From Priapulus caudatus (lineage: Eukaryota), in NCBI RefSeq assembly GCF_000485595.1, contig NW_014577077.1:807106-827105 (forward strand): a stretch of DNA of 20,000 nucleotides, read 5' to 3'. The position numbers and the translations under genes are program-made. Positions 1-10,300 of the stretch are shown one piece after another. How positions within the stretch are numbered: position 1 is the first letter of the stretch; every line of letters starts with the position of its first letter. The notes under the pieces were generated by a model. The model ran no database searches, was not told the origin of the DNA, and saw only the letters and a list, made by a program, of their open reading frames with translations.

Positions 1-391
1 TTGACAATGAAAGGAAACTACCTGACTGCAACCAACTTGACCCTTTGACCCCGAACAGTGTTTCTGTCATTCATCTTTGCTGAGTAATGTACAAGTAGTT
101 TAAACGTTGCTACTAGATTTAATGATTTTGTTTCTGTATTAATGATAATCCATAGCGTGACATTTTCCTGTTGCATGTATGAAACAGTCTGTAGTAAGAT
201 GAACCTGTGAGGCAAGACCTTTGACCTACCGACCTGCAGGGGACCTCCGTAGTACCTGCCTGTACCTCGTGTCACTTTGACACAATAATTCTGCACTCTG
301 TATCTGAATTCTACTGAACAAGTACAATACCTAATCATTGCAGCAAACCATGTACCTCAGCTAATGGGATGTTTGCACTCTCCACCATCAG

Positions 392-834
392 GTGCCGCTT
401 TGTATGGGCCAGTAGCTTATTTCTGCACCGTTACTGGAGCGAAATGCTCGAGTGCTTTTTGAGAGGCATGTCCGACCATTCATGTTTGAGACGCCACCTG
501 GTGTGCGTTTTTGCGTTGCAAGAAGCACAAGGCGGTAGTGTGCGATAGTGTGGAAAGCTGCGAGCAAGCCCTGACAGTTGTAAACCCTCCTCAGGTGTCC
601 CTGAACCTCACAGTTATAGCGAAAAATGGTAGTTTTAAGATGGAGAGGGCTCAGTATGTGTTTTTTCAGTACACCACCATTGCTGCCACCACAAGTCTGG
701 TGGTTCACCATACCCCAGTGCTTGTACTGAAGCCAAGGGAGCCTACCCAGGAACTCCCTTGGCTTAAACTGAACCAGCATGGCTACACTACTAGCAGCAG
801 CAGCAGCAGCAGCCAGCCAGCCAGCCTATCCTAG
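392..834 (+). CDS. probable terminal coding exon of an unidentified plus-strand gene (apparent frameshifts)
   Basis: Acceptor tctccaccatcag| at 391, 107-aa open frame 511-834 ending in poly-Ser and TAG, then an AT-rich tail with AATAAA at 889-894. The 5' part needs frame changes. No family recognised. Confidence 0.4.
793..826 (+). repeat. (AGC)n/(CAGC)n microsatellite
   Basis: agcagcagcagcagcagcagccagccagccagcc. Confidence 0.85.
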
Positions 835-888
835 CCAGCCTTCTGTGGCATATGCGAGACGCGGCATTCTCCAATTTTCTACCATGAG

Positions 889-894
889 AATAAA
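889..894 (+). promoter_or_regulatory. candidate polyadenylation signal
   Basis: AATAAA 54 nt after the TAG at 832-834, followed by T/GT-rich sequence. Confidence 0.35.
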
Positions 895-1184
895 TTATTA
901 TATTATTCTACTTGTCTTGTCTTCATATTTTTCGTATTTGAAGGTTTTAACCATTCTATTTTAAAGTCTGTTTAAATGTCTAGAAAACACTAATCACCAC
1001 ACTATCACAGTCACTATCTTATCTAAACACTATTTACACCTCTGGGATTGGGATTCTGGAACGTCTGTCAGGAACATGTCGCACAAGGTTGGACCCACAA
1101 AGATCATCTCGGGGAAAGGAAATCTTCTAATTTTATAAATTCCTTCCATTTGCATTGTTTAACAAATTAACCAAGCAAACTAAA

Positions 1185-1381
1185 CAGGAGGGGGACACCC
1201 CCCTGAAGGAGGAAACATCTGATAGATGTCCAAAATTGATTGCATTTAAATTGCAACTTTTTAACAATTCCACACAGTGGGAGGGGGACATCCACTCCAA
1301 CATACTGATCCCCCTGGCACGTCATGCCTTTCAGCTCCCATGATTCCCCCCCACCAGAATTCACTTCTGGATCTGCCACTG
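1185..1381. mobile_element. partial MITE (right end only)
   Basis: Ends in ..CTGGATCTGCCACTG (CAGTGGCAGATCCAG-type terminus) with internal GGAGGGGGACA motifs twice; no matching left end found. Confidence 0.4.
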
Positions 1382-1725
1382 GACGATCGGCAGCGTAGTG
1401 GCACACTAACACAACAACGCTGCACTCATTGAATAGAAATTTTAACAGGTTTACTATATAGCGTAATTGTGGGGCAATTGCTGAATTGAGCAGTTCTGGC
1501 GATTGCACGACGGGTTTGACTACCCACGTAGCTAGAGATTTCCTAGAAATGGTAATTCTTGGTTCGCTACTTGGCGCGCTTGGTTTGCTGTAAAACCCCC
1601 AGTTGAACTGAGGTTGGTTTAATTGAGACCCCCACATCAGTGTAGTACATATGGCGTGCCATAGATGGCGCAATGAGGCTATATGCATAGCACTCTTCCT
1701 GCAGCCGCCTCGGCCGGCTATAACC

Positions 1726-1826
1726 TAGACTGGTACCCGGTCAACAGTTCCACACGCTACACTAACTAACTTCAGTGTAGCAAAGTATACTTGCCGGAGT
1801 GAAGGTGGCGAACGGGTACCAGTCTA
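1726..1826. mobile_element. 101-bp TAG..CTA MITE (AcademH-like), copy A
   Basis: Perfect 14-bp TIR TAGACTGGTACCCG; internal hairpin CTACACT..AGTGTAG; diverged inverted copy at 13649-13748; no TSD preserved here. Confidence 0.8.
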
Positions 1827-2936
1827 GAAAGCCAACTGGAAAGAGAAACTGAAATGGGAACTAGCCTATCTGCACAGCATGAGCAGCATCATAACGTTAC
1901 TGTGAGTGGTATATATGTAACATTTCATTATAGCCTTCTGTTCATCGAGTCCATATTGCACAAAGCTGAGAAATGGTGTTCATTCGTTGTAATTCATGTT
2001 CTGTTTGCAGCTAGCTGTAACTCTATACAACATTGACAATATTTGTGTGGTACTTGACATCTGCCTTGACGGACCATTTTGCGGGTGCTGAAGTATGCGG
2101 TTAGTGAATGATGAAGTATTGGGTATTCTTCCGTATGCATTATTTCTGTGTCCTAATTTTCCTGGTGGCAGGTGGGGCATGTCGTCGCGCAATGTCTGAC
2201 AATTGAACGACCATGCAATGTAAAGCATATAACAGCATATATTGCGATGTATTTGTAACCATTCATTCCATTTACCTCACCAGCCTTATAAGCAGTAAAG
2301 AAATACCGCTGTTCACCCGTGTTCTTCATGGTTCGATGGTTTCTTTGTGTGTTATACTTGTAACTGCCTCAGCAGACTTTGACTTTGCCGGCTCATGTAC
2401 AGCTGGCTGTACAGTTATACATTCTCCGGCGGTCATATATGCGCCGTTCCGCAATATAAGTTTAACTACACGTGACAAATGTCATCCAAATCGATCATAT
2501 TGACGAAGTTAGCCATTGTGTGCAGAACATCACGTTACATGAAGAACTTCAGGCTGTCGACAGTTCCCTTCAACATGACGTAGGTACTGCTGTCAGAACG
2601 TTCTGTAGCAGCACAGAGCTGAGCAATACCGTACGCAGAGGAATCAGTTCGATGTTACGAATAGCCACATAATGCGCATACTCTCTCATACAGCATCGTC
2701 ATCCATTTCTTCATGCAATCATGGTGCGATCTCTCTGATGTTCACATATGAAGTGTTACATAGGACATGCGTCATGGGGCGCTGTACAACTTATAGTGAA
2801 AACGCCTAAGACCACACGGAAATGGAACCACCGCGAAATCAAAACCTTCGCTCGCGGCCCCCCCCCCACCTAAGTCGCGAGTTCCTCCCACGTCCCAAAT
2901 CTCTGCCCTCTGTCCCCCCTAAGATTCTGGACTGTT

Positions 2937-2968
2937 CGCTGGCAGCTATGGATCCATAGCTGCCAGCG
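2937..2968. repeat. perfect 32-bp palindrome
   Basis: CGCTGGCAGCTATGGA|TCCATAGCTGCCAGCG, no spacer. Confidence 0.95.
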
Positions 2969-3104
2969 CTGCATACTGTCGTAGGACGTTCCCGCGGTCG
3001 CGTGCGCCTTGCCACGGAACTGCGCGCAAGATCCGCGCTCAGCGGTTAGGATCAACACCGCCTTCGGCAACACTTCTCTGGTATCCTGTCTCATCTGGTT
3101 GTGT

Positions 3105-4004
3105 GTGGTGGGGGGGGGGTGTTATTAAACCTCTGGGATCCAAAGAAAAAAATAACCCTAGAATTCACAAATATTTCACTTACCTACAATTTCAATTTTT
3201 TTCAATTCCCCAAAAACAGCCATCTTGAAGGTTCTAAATTCCAAAATCCAAGAGCTTCCGGGGGCTCCGCCCCTAGACCCCGGGCAAGGGCTCCGCACCT
3301 GCACCCCGCCAGGGGCTCTAGGCTGGGTCTATGGACCCCACCCGTTAAGGAGGGGGGTAAGGGGGGGGGGGTACTGTTCACAGTTCACAGTGAAAATAAT
3401 GCTCTTTTCACAGATTACGGGGATAATCCAGTTTACAGCTAAAATTTTAGACTCATAAGATAAGGTCATAGAAGTAGGCCCTATACAAGTGTATTTCTTG
3501 ACTAACAACACTTCTGAAAATCAAAAATATGCTTGCGCAGTAGTCATGCTTATACATGTGTGTGTGTGTGTGCGTGCGTGCCTGCGTGTGTGTGTGTGTA
3601 TATATATATATATAGTTTCCATATGTTCTTCTGCAGCTAGGGGGGTCTGGGGGAATTTTAAAAAAATTAGGCTATATTTGGTGCATTCTGGTGAAATTTG
3701 AGGCCTGTGACCGGTTTCTGGAAACCGGTGCAAACCGGCCTAAATCCGCGCCTGACATGCATAGATTCACGAGGAAAGAGACCTCTTATTCACAGTTCAC
3801 AGACAAAATAAATTGCAATTCACAGTTCACGAGGTATAAAAACGGCCGATTACGTTTCACGAAAATACCCTTACCCACCCTCGTTAAGGACTTCGCGCCA
3901 AGGCACTGACGGTGTGTGCTAGGCATACACACTTCGCATACTTTGCGATGGAAGTAACAGTGAAATCATCCCCCCCCACAACTGAGGACCTGTGTACGCC
4001 ACTG
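3105..4004. mobile_element. partial non-autonomous DNA element, host of the 3350-3882 insertion
   Basis: Right terminus ..CCTGTGTACGCCACTG at 4004; internal GCTTCCGGGGGCTCCGCCCCTAGACCCC motifs typical of such MITEs; left end not found, so the start is approximate. Confidence 0.45.
3350..3882. mobile_element. 533-bp MITE with GAG..CTC ends and 6-bp TSD
   Basis: GTTAAG|GAGGGGGGTAAGGG ... CCCTTACCCACCCTC|GTTAAG; TTCACAG repeats near both ends; internal (TG)n(TA)n and near-palindrome 3710-3729. Confidence 0.8.
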
Positions 4005-4600
4005 GCCCAGACCTTCTCGTAACTTTAATATGAAGATATAAGATGGAAATGTCATTTTTCATCAAATATTATTTATTTGTGTTACCCATCATGATAGGCA
4101 TAAATTACTGTGATGTAAAAGTTTCATCATTCTCGTCCAATCAGCAGCCTTGTGACATCAAATTATGAAGTTCCTGTTATCGTGAGTTTTCTCATAGCTG
4201 CGATACGTTTCTGTCAACGCTACTCTCGTAACATTAACATTAGTCGTAAGCAGGGGCGTGTACAGGGGGGGGGGGGTCCAGGGGGTCCGGAACCCCCCTG
4301 CTCGTGCAGAAAACGCATCTAAGGGGGTCTAATTTCATTCGTGCTCGCAATTTTGGGTTATGGTTAGACCCCCCCTGGTACAAATCCTGTACATGCCCCT
4401 GGTAAGTGTTATCTTACCATTAACATTAGCATTAACTTTACGATGTTTCTGACAATGGCCACCTGGGCTCTCGCAATGTTAAGAGGATATTTGCGAGGGC
4501 TTTTCATTCTCGTAACTTTGCGATGTTTGTGTCAACAGTTTACGAGTGGAAGTTAATGCCAAGACTGATGTTGACTAATTTTGTTTCTGACATCGGGCCC
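4005..4600. mobile_element. degenerate MITE-like repeat, host of 4251-4401
   Basis: Recurrent CTCGTAAC and GTTTCTGWCA motifs ending in ..TTTCTGACATCGGGCCCC; boundaries approximate. Confidence 0.35.
4251..4401. mobile_element. 151-bp MITE, CAG..CTG ends, 5-bp TSD
   Basis: GTAAG|CAGGGGCGTGTACAGG ... CCTGTACATGCCCCTG|GTAAG; 16-bp TIR with 1 mismatch. Confidence 0.9.
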
Positions 4601-5263
4601 CAGGAAGCTATATCAGTTGAGATGGACATGATATTTAGAATTCATCTGTAATATAAACAACTGATGATTAAACCATTTGTACAGAGGTCGCATTTGATTC
4701 GTGTAGGACCGTAGGTAATATTATGCGATTTTTCTCGACCCCGGCTATCACGAATGAGTTATGCGACAGGGTTAGCGTTAACAAAACAAATGCATGAATA
4801 CCCACGTGTTAAGGCCAAATAAGCAGATATATGGATATGGCAGCAGTTTATGTTACGATTTCACACTGTGTAGCATAGGGCCTCTGCAACTGAGTTGCTT
4901 TGGTTTCTGTAAGACATTTTGTTCAGTGAAGCTACTCACTCTACTCACTCGCCCAACTATGTTCATGAAGTGGTTAGCCTTACACCGGTGCGGAGCAGGT
5001 TTCATCAGATGTAAATCGGGGTATAGACGTTCAGCCTGAATTCTAGTGTTCGAAATACTATATCACCATTGCCCTCCAAAATTGAATGAAATTATTAATT
5101 GTAAAAAAACTTTGAAATCACCATATTTAACGGGAACCTTTAAACACTTCAGATTTTTGCTATTTAAAAAAAATTCATTGTCACAGATACCTTTTTTACA
5201 ATATATCTAGAAACAAATTTCGTAAATGTCCACTATTTGACCTTTGATCCTGCGAACTTAATA

Positions 5264-5269
5264 TTTATT
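5264..5269 (-). promoter_or_regulatory. candidate polyadenylation signal for tra2 (long 3' region)
   Basis: TTTATT on + (AATAAA on -) at the distal end of the ~2 kb stretch without recognisable MITEs downstream of the tra2 stop. Confidence 0.25.
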
Positions 5270-6414
5270 TTGTCAGTATAATAAATAAAAGCTGTGCCCC
5301 ATCTTTAAACTGCAAGTAATGTATGCCACTTGAGCAGTTTAGTCCTTCTGTCAAGATCGTTGAGACCAACAAGCTACCCATCACTAGCTAGGAGCTAACC
5401 ACTGTTCTGTAAAAAACTGATTATTTCAAACACTGACTGTAATGTGTCGTTTTGCATGACGTCAACTTACAGCAGACCACTCACAATACCAGTGAGACTT
5501 TTAGCAGCAATGCAATGCAGTCAGATGTATTACATAATTCACTACAGCTCATACGATTGTCTATTACCGCCTTCACAATTACTTCTGTCTTCTGTCTTCA
5601 ACTCTTCTGTCTTCAATAACCTTATGAAACAAATAGCTGCTATTAGTTTCAACAAAGGCAACACATTGCCGAAGCATGTCTCTTTTTTATGTCACGCACA
5701 CGAGGTCAAGTTTCTAACAGTCAACCCATGGTTAAAGCTGGTCGGCTATGGTCCCACTACACATGCAGCCGAATGCAACTCATGCCCTCTGAATTTTTGC
5801 AGACTTTGGTTCGTCTCTACATGGAACACTGCCCCACAGCACTGACCAAAGTTTCAGTAGATGATCTTACATTGTCTCCGCCTGTTTTTCGATCAGAGAT
5901 ACGACTTTTTCCTTCGCTCTCGTGCCTCTGCTTCTACTTTCTACTTCTCTGTTGGTCTTGCCTCCAGGTGCAAACAAGCTGCCCAGGAGTGAGACCGTCA
6001 GCCGTTTGACCAATTTCATTGCTTTCACTTCACTACATCTTCACCCACCACTGGCTGCTCTTAGACCTTTTGAAAAAGCAAAACAGACGTTACTGAGGGA
6101 AATGCAACGAAAGCAACTGTATTTATTTTCGCACTCTGTATCGATTTGTGCTCAACAAACACACATCAGAGATGACCATGTGGAGACTCGCTTTAATCTA
6201 ACACGTTCCACGTCTTGACCAAATACTCTACCAGCGGTTCCAGGAATAAGCATAAAGTTCACGTCACATATTGGCGTGAAAACTGCATCACTACACTGAG
6301 GCAAACGACGGTCGAATCAGCATCAGGCTGGTCCACATTTATAAACGGCACTGCGGAAAGTGTAAATGTGTCTGGAAGCTTTTACATCGTAAAAGTTCAA
6401 GCTATTTAAAATTC

Positions 6415-6464
6415 ATATGAAAGAAAACCGTAGCCACATGATATGAAAGAAACCCGTAGCCACA
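6415..6464 (+). repeat. short tandem duplication (24-bp unit, period 26)
   Basis: ATATGAAAGAAAACCGTAGCCACA tg ATATGAAAGAAACCCGTAGCCACA. Confidence 0.85.
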
Positions 6465-7329
6465 GCACCAGCATTCATGGCAGCAACAAACATGCAGTCA
6501 GAGAGTTGTCGCAGTGTTAATGCACAGCTCGCTACACACAGAACTTTATATTAGTTCAACAAATATTATCACTAGTTTCATCTCCACATACACATGACAC
6601 AAGTCTTATTCGAACCAATATTAAGAGCATTTGCTACACATACATGTGTGTGTGTGCGAGCATGGTGTGTGTGTGCGAGCATGTGCACACATGGGTGTGA
6701 ACACGTGTGTTCATTCGCTAATAGCACAAACAGACAAGCTCACATAAGCATCATTTCCATGGAACCATGCAGAGCCTAGTGAAAACAGCTGACTAGCAAG
6801 ACTTTAGTTTACTGCTCACTTACATCCTACAGCCTACAACAGGTCTTTTCCCTTCCTCTCTCCTCTGCTCTTCCTTTAGAGTTAATACTAACAATCATAT
6901 TTGCTACACATAACGCGTATGCTACCACCTAGACCACTGACGATACACAAATCAATTACTATATCAACATATAATCTTAACTAGTCATAAGAAAGCTTAG
7001 GTAGAATCAATGTGACATTTATGAACTGAATAACTGTAGGAATGTCTATGACTTCTCCAGTCGGTTATGTGAATATATTCTATACCTCTTAATGAAAAAT
7101 TATACATTCCTTTGGGGGGAACTACAGTACACACCCCTTAAAACTAATTATTTCTGACAAAAAAAAAAGATGTACATGGATCTCCTAGTCCATCTCCATA
7201 TACTGTTACTTATTCACTCTAGAGTACAGGAATGCCTCTTAGATGAGCGGTTAGGCAGACGTCTATACTCCCAACAAAAGCCACCACACAGCCGTGTGCA
7301 CAGCACCACACACTTAACTCTGCTACACA

Positions 7330-7340
7330 TCAGTAGCGGC
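7330..7340 (-). CDS. tra2: tra2 last coding exon (R-R-Y-stop)
   Basis: acatttacag|GC CGC TAC TGA; completes the phase-1 codon C|GC and gives the conserved SPRRY* end. Confidence 0.88.
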
Positions 7341-10300
7341 CTGTAAATGTGGAACAATACAAACCAACATTAGTACTACCATACACACTTCAACCTTTAT
7401 AGGTGATGAATATATTATTGTATAGATTCCTACACATTGTGTGTGTGCGTGTGTGCGCGTGCGTGTGCGTAGGTGCATGTGTGCGTGTCTGTGGTTGTGT
7501 GTTTAGCATCTATATAAGTTAATCAACTGCAAATTAAATAAATAATTAAAATGCATCACTAGAGCAGACACATAACATAATCTTGTTTTGCCAAAATTGA
7601 ACTATGTGCTATATTCCTTGGAAAGTCAAAACACCACTCTACCAGATCAGCTGGCATGTGCACAGAATTTTTTAAACTCGTCAACACAACTCACGTGGTG
7701 AGTATGACCTGGACCTTGAACGCGAGTAGCCACGCCTTCGGTAGGAGGGTGAAGGGCTCCGCCTGTAGGGTATAAAATGAAACGTAAAATGAAACAAATA
7801 AAAATTTTTATAACCAAAGTAAACATGGATTGTGAACAAGAGGAAATCCCGAATTTGAGAACTGTGGCAGCATACACGCATGCATGCACGCACCCAAGCA
7901 CGCACACACACACACTAAAGCATCCATTCTCAGGATTCTGAGTAGAAAGAAATAATCACAAGCTCTGTACCTGGTGTGACGATTTGACTGACCCATGTAG
8001 ACGCCAGGAGTGGGCGTGTGAGCCCGCTGAGTGATGGAATAGTCAACACGGATTCGGCGTCCATCAACTTCGATTCCAGAACACTTTTCCTTTGCCTGCA
8101 ATACGTTCAGCACACCTAACATTTGGGTCTATAGACTAACTGCGTCGACCAATTATACTATAACGCAGTGACAACTAGTGGTGAACAAGCATGGTAATGC
8201 AGTGTGACAACCGAAAACATTGACATGACTTTCAAACAGGAGTGTAGCTAGATGAAACATACTAAAACGAATGCAAATTTTAGGCAAATTTTCCACATCT
8301 TATTTTTGTTAGTAATATAAATGCAATATGATATTATTACTAGTACCTCTTCTGCATCTTCAACGTCTCTGAATGTGATGAATGCAAACCCACGTGACCT
8401 GCCCGACTGGAATCAAAAGACATATATATGATAATATACATACACAAATATGAACTCAAGAAATATTTTGCAGATCAGCACACAAATATACTTGATAATC
8501 GCATGCAGGGCTCCTAAATTGAAACAGACGTTTGCGAGAACGACACTGGTTAATGAGGAACATACAGACTTTTACCACGTTTGAGGTACAATGAAATCAA
8601 ACTCATGCATCGATGCATTTTCTACACATAGATACTCACTCCATGATCATAGATGATATTGCAGTCGTCCATGGGTCCGTAGCGACTAAATATATCCCTC
8701 AAGTCACGCTCTTCTGTGTACAGAGACAGGCCGAACACACCAAGGCAACGGCTCGCAGAGGGATTGTCCTGTTTGTTGATTGTGACATGTTATAGCATTA
8801 GTTTGATCCAGGAGATTGCCACATCGCAACAACCTTCACAGACAAGCAACCCACATCTCAGCAAAACATAAGTGAACTGTACCCAGGGTTCACACACATA
8901 AGGGAAAGCATATTTCCAGGTGTATCAAGACTTAAAAAAATCATTGTAGCAATTTTATCAGAATCCAATCTTTGTGTCTTGTATCGTAGCGATTTGTGAG
9001 AAAACTCCAACACGAAGCAGATTTTATTGCTTCTCAGACAAGATAGACATGAGCCAAATTTCAAAAACCTTCCAGGACTACCCACACTAATAGTCTGTTT
9101 TCAAATACTTTCTGATAAATGTAAAATTCATTTACAGATCTGGGCAATCGCAATTTTACAGGTGAAAATATTATACACACCTCTGCTCTCCATCAAATCG
9201 ATCACAACCTAGATGACACAGACTTTATGTTTACATGCACCCACGCCCTCTTACCTAGGAATAAAACTGAGCAGAAGTACACTGGCTAAGACCAAGGCTC
9301 TGCATACGTACCCTGCTGCCCATGTGCCTGCGCCTATTTGACATTGGAGACCGACTACGGCTACGATGGCGTCGCGAGTAGGGAGAGCGAGAACAGCTGC
9401 AATAACAGAGAGCATCGTTAGATCACATGTCCGGCATACACACACGTGCACTAGAGGTGTAACGATACACTATGGTCACGATAAGATACGTATCTCGATA
9501 CGTAGGTCACGATACAATACTTAGTTATAGCGATACACAGATAGAAAGGTAATATATACATATATAATTATTATATGTATTCCAATACTTTATAACACAA
9601 ACGTATTAAGCAGGGCTCAATTTTAACAGTCGTCCGGTCGTCCGTGACGACTGGATTTTCTCTCGGGCAACTACAAATTGCTTCCGTGGTTGTCCGGTGT
9701 CCAACCTCTATAAAATTTTATATTCATAATAGGCGCGTTCACACTGGCGCGAATAAGCGGGATGCAAATCCCGGTTTTTGCATCGCGATCGAAATACCGA
9801 GATTATTACAAGTGTGAACGGCCAAATACCACTAATAATCGAATCAGCATCGCGCTCCAAATCGCACTTTTGACTGCGATTATTTGGAAATTAGCAGTGT
9901 TATTGCGCGTGTGTGAACGCTCGCGCAAATAATCCCGGTATTTTCTATCCATCATTCCAAGCGAGTGAGCATGAGCATGCGCAGTGAGCATCATTCGGCA
10001 GTGGTATGCGCAGTTCGATAATAGAATTATCCGCTCGGCGATTAGCGCGATTATTCGCCTGTGTGAACAACGATACAATTATCTCGGTATTCATCGCGAT
10101 TAGCATCGCGGTTTTTCTTGTATGTGAACACGCCTAATGTGCGCGTTCATTTTAATACGGCCAGGGTTGCACAATCCGCTGAAAAACGTACATGTCTAGA
10201 CGCATTGTCTGGTTTGCTTGATACAAAGTATAACATCACGCGTTTAACAACAATGTTTCGTGTTAATTTTCAATTTTTACTCATCTGTGACTTGACACAG

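Noticed and set aside
200..270. Cluster of (G/T)ACCT motifs
   Set aside because: Irregular low-complexity repetition with no consistent unit or structure
1167..1688. Longest ORF in the track (173 aa, minus strand)
   Set aside because: Runs through a MITE remnant, with no recognisable domain and no supporting splice structure
2108..2199. Possible C/D box snoRNA (ATGATGA ... CTGA)
   Set aside because: No terminal stem, no recognisable rRNA guide and no evident host intron
3080..3097. Hammerhead ribozyme core near CAGATGAG on the minus strand
   Set aside because: Does not match CTGANGA, and no properly placed GAAA or stems
4246..4406. Introner-like element because the TSD GTAAG resembles a splice donor
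   Set aside because: The element ends in CTG, not AG, on both strands and is not within an exon
5444..6409. Overlapping plus-strand ORFs (64-133 aa)
   Set aside because: Low-information, unrecognisable translations antisense to the likely tra2 3' region
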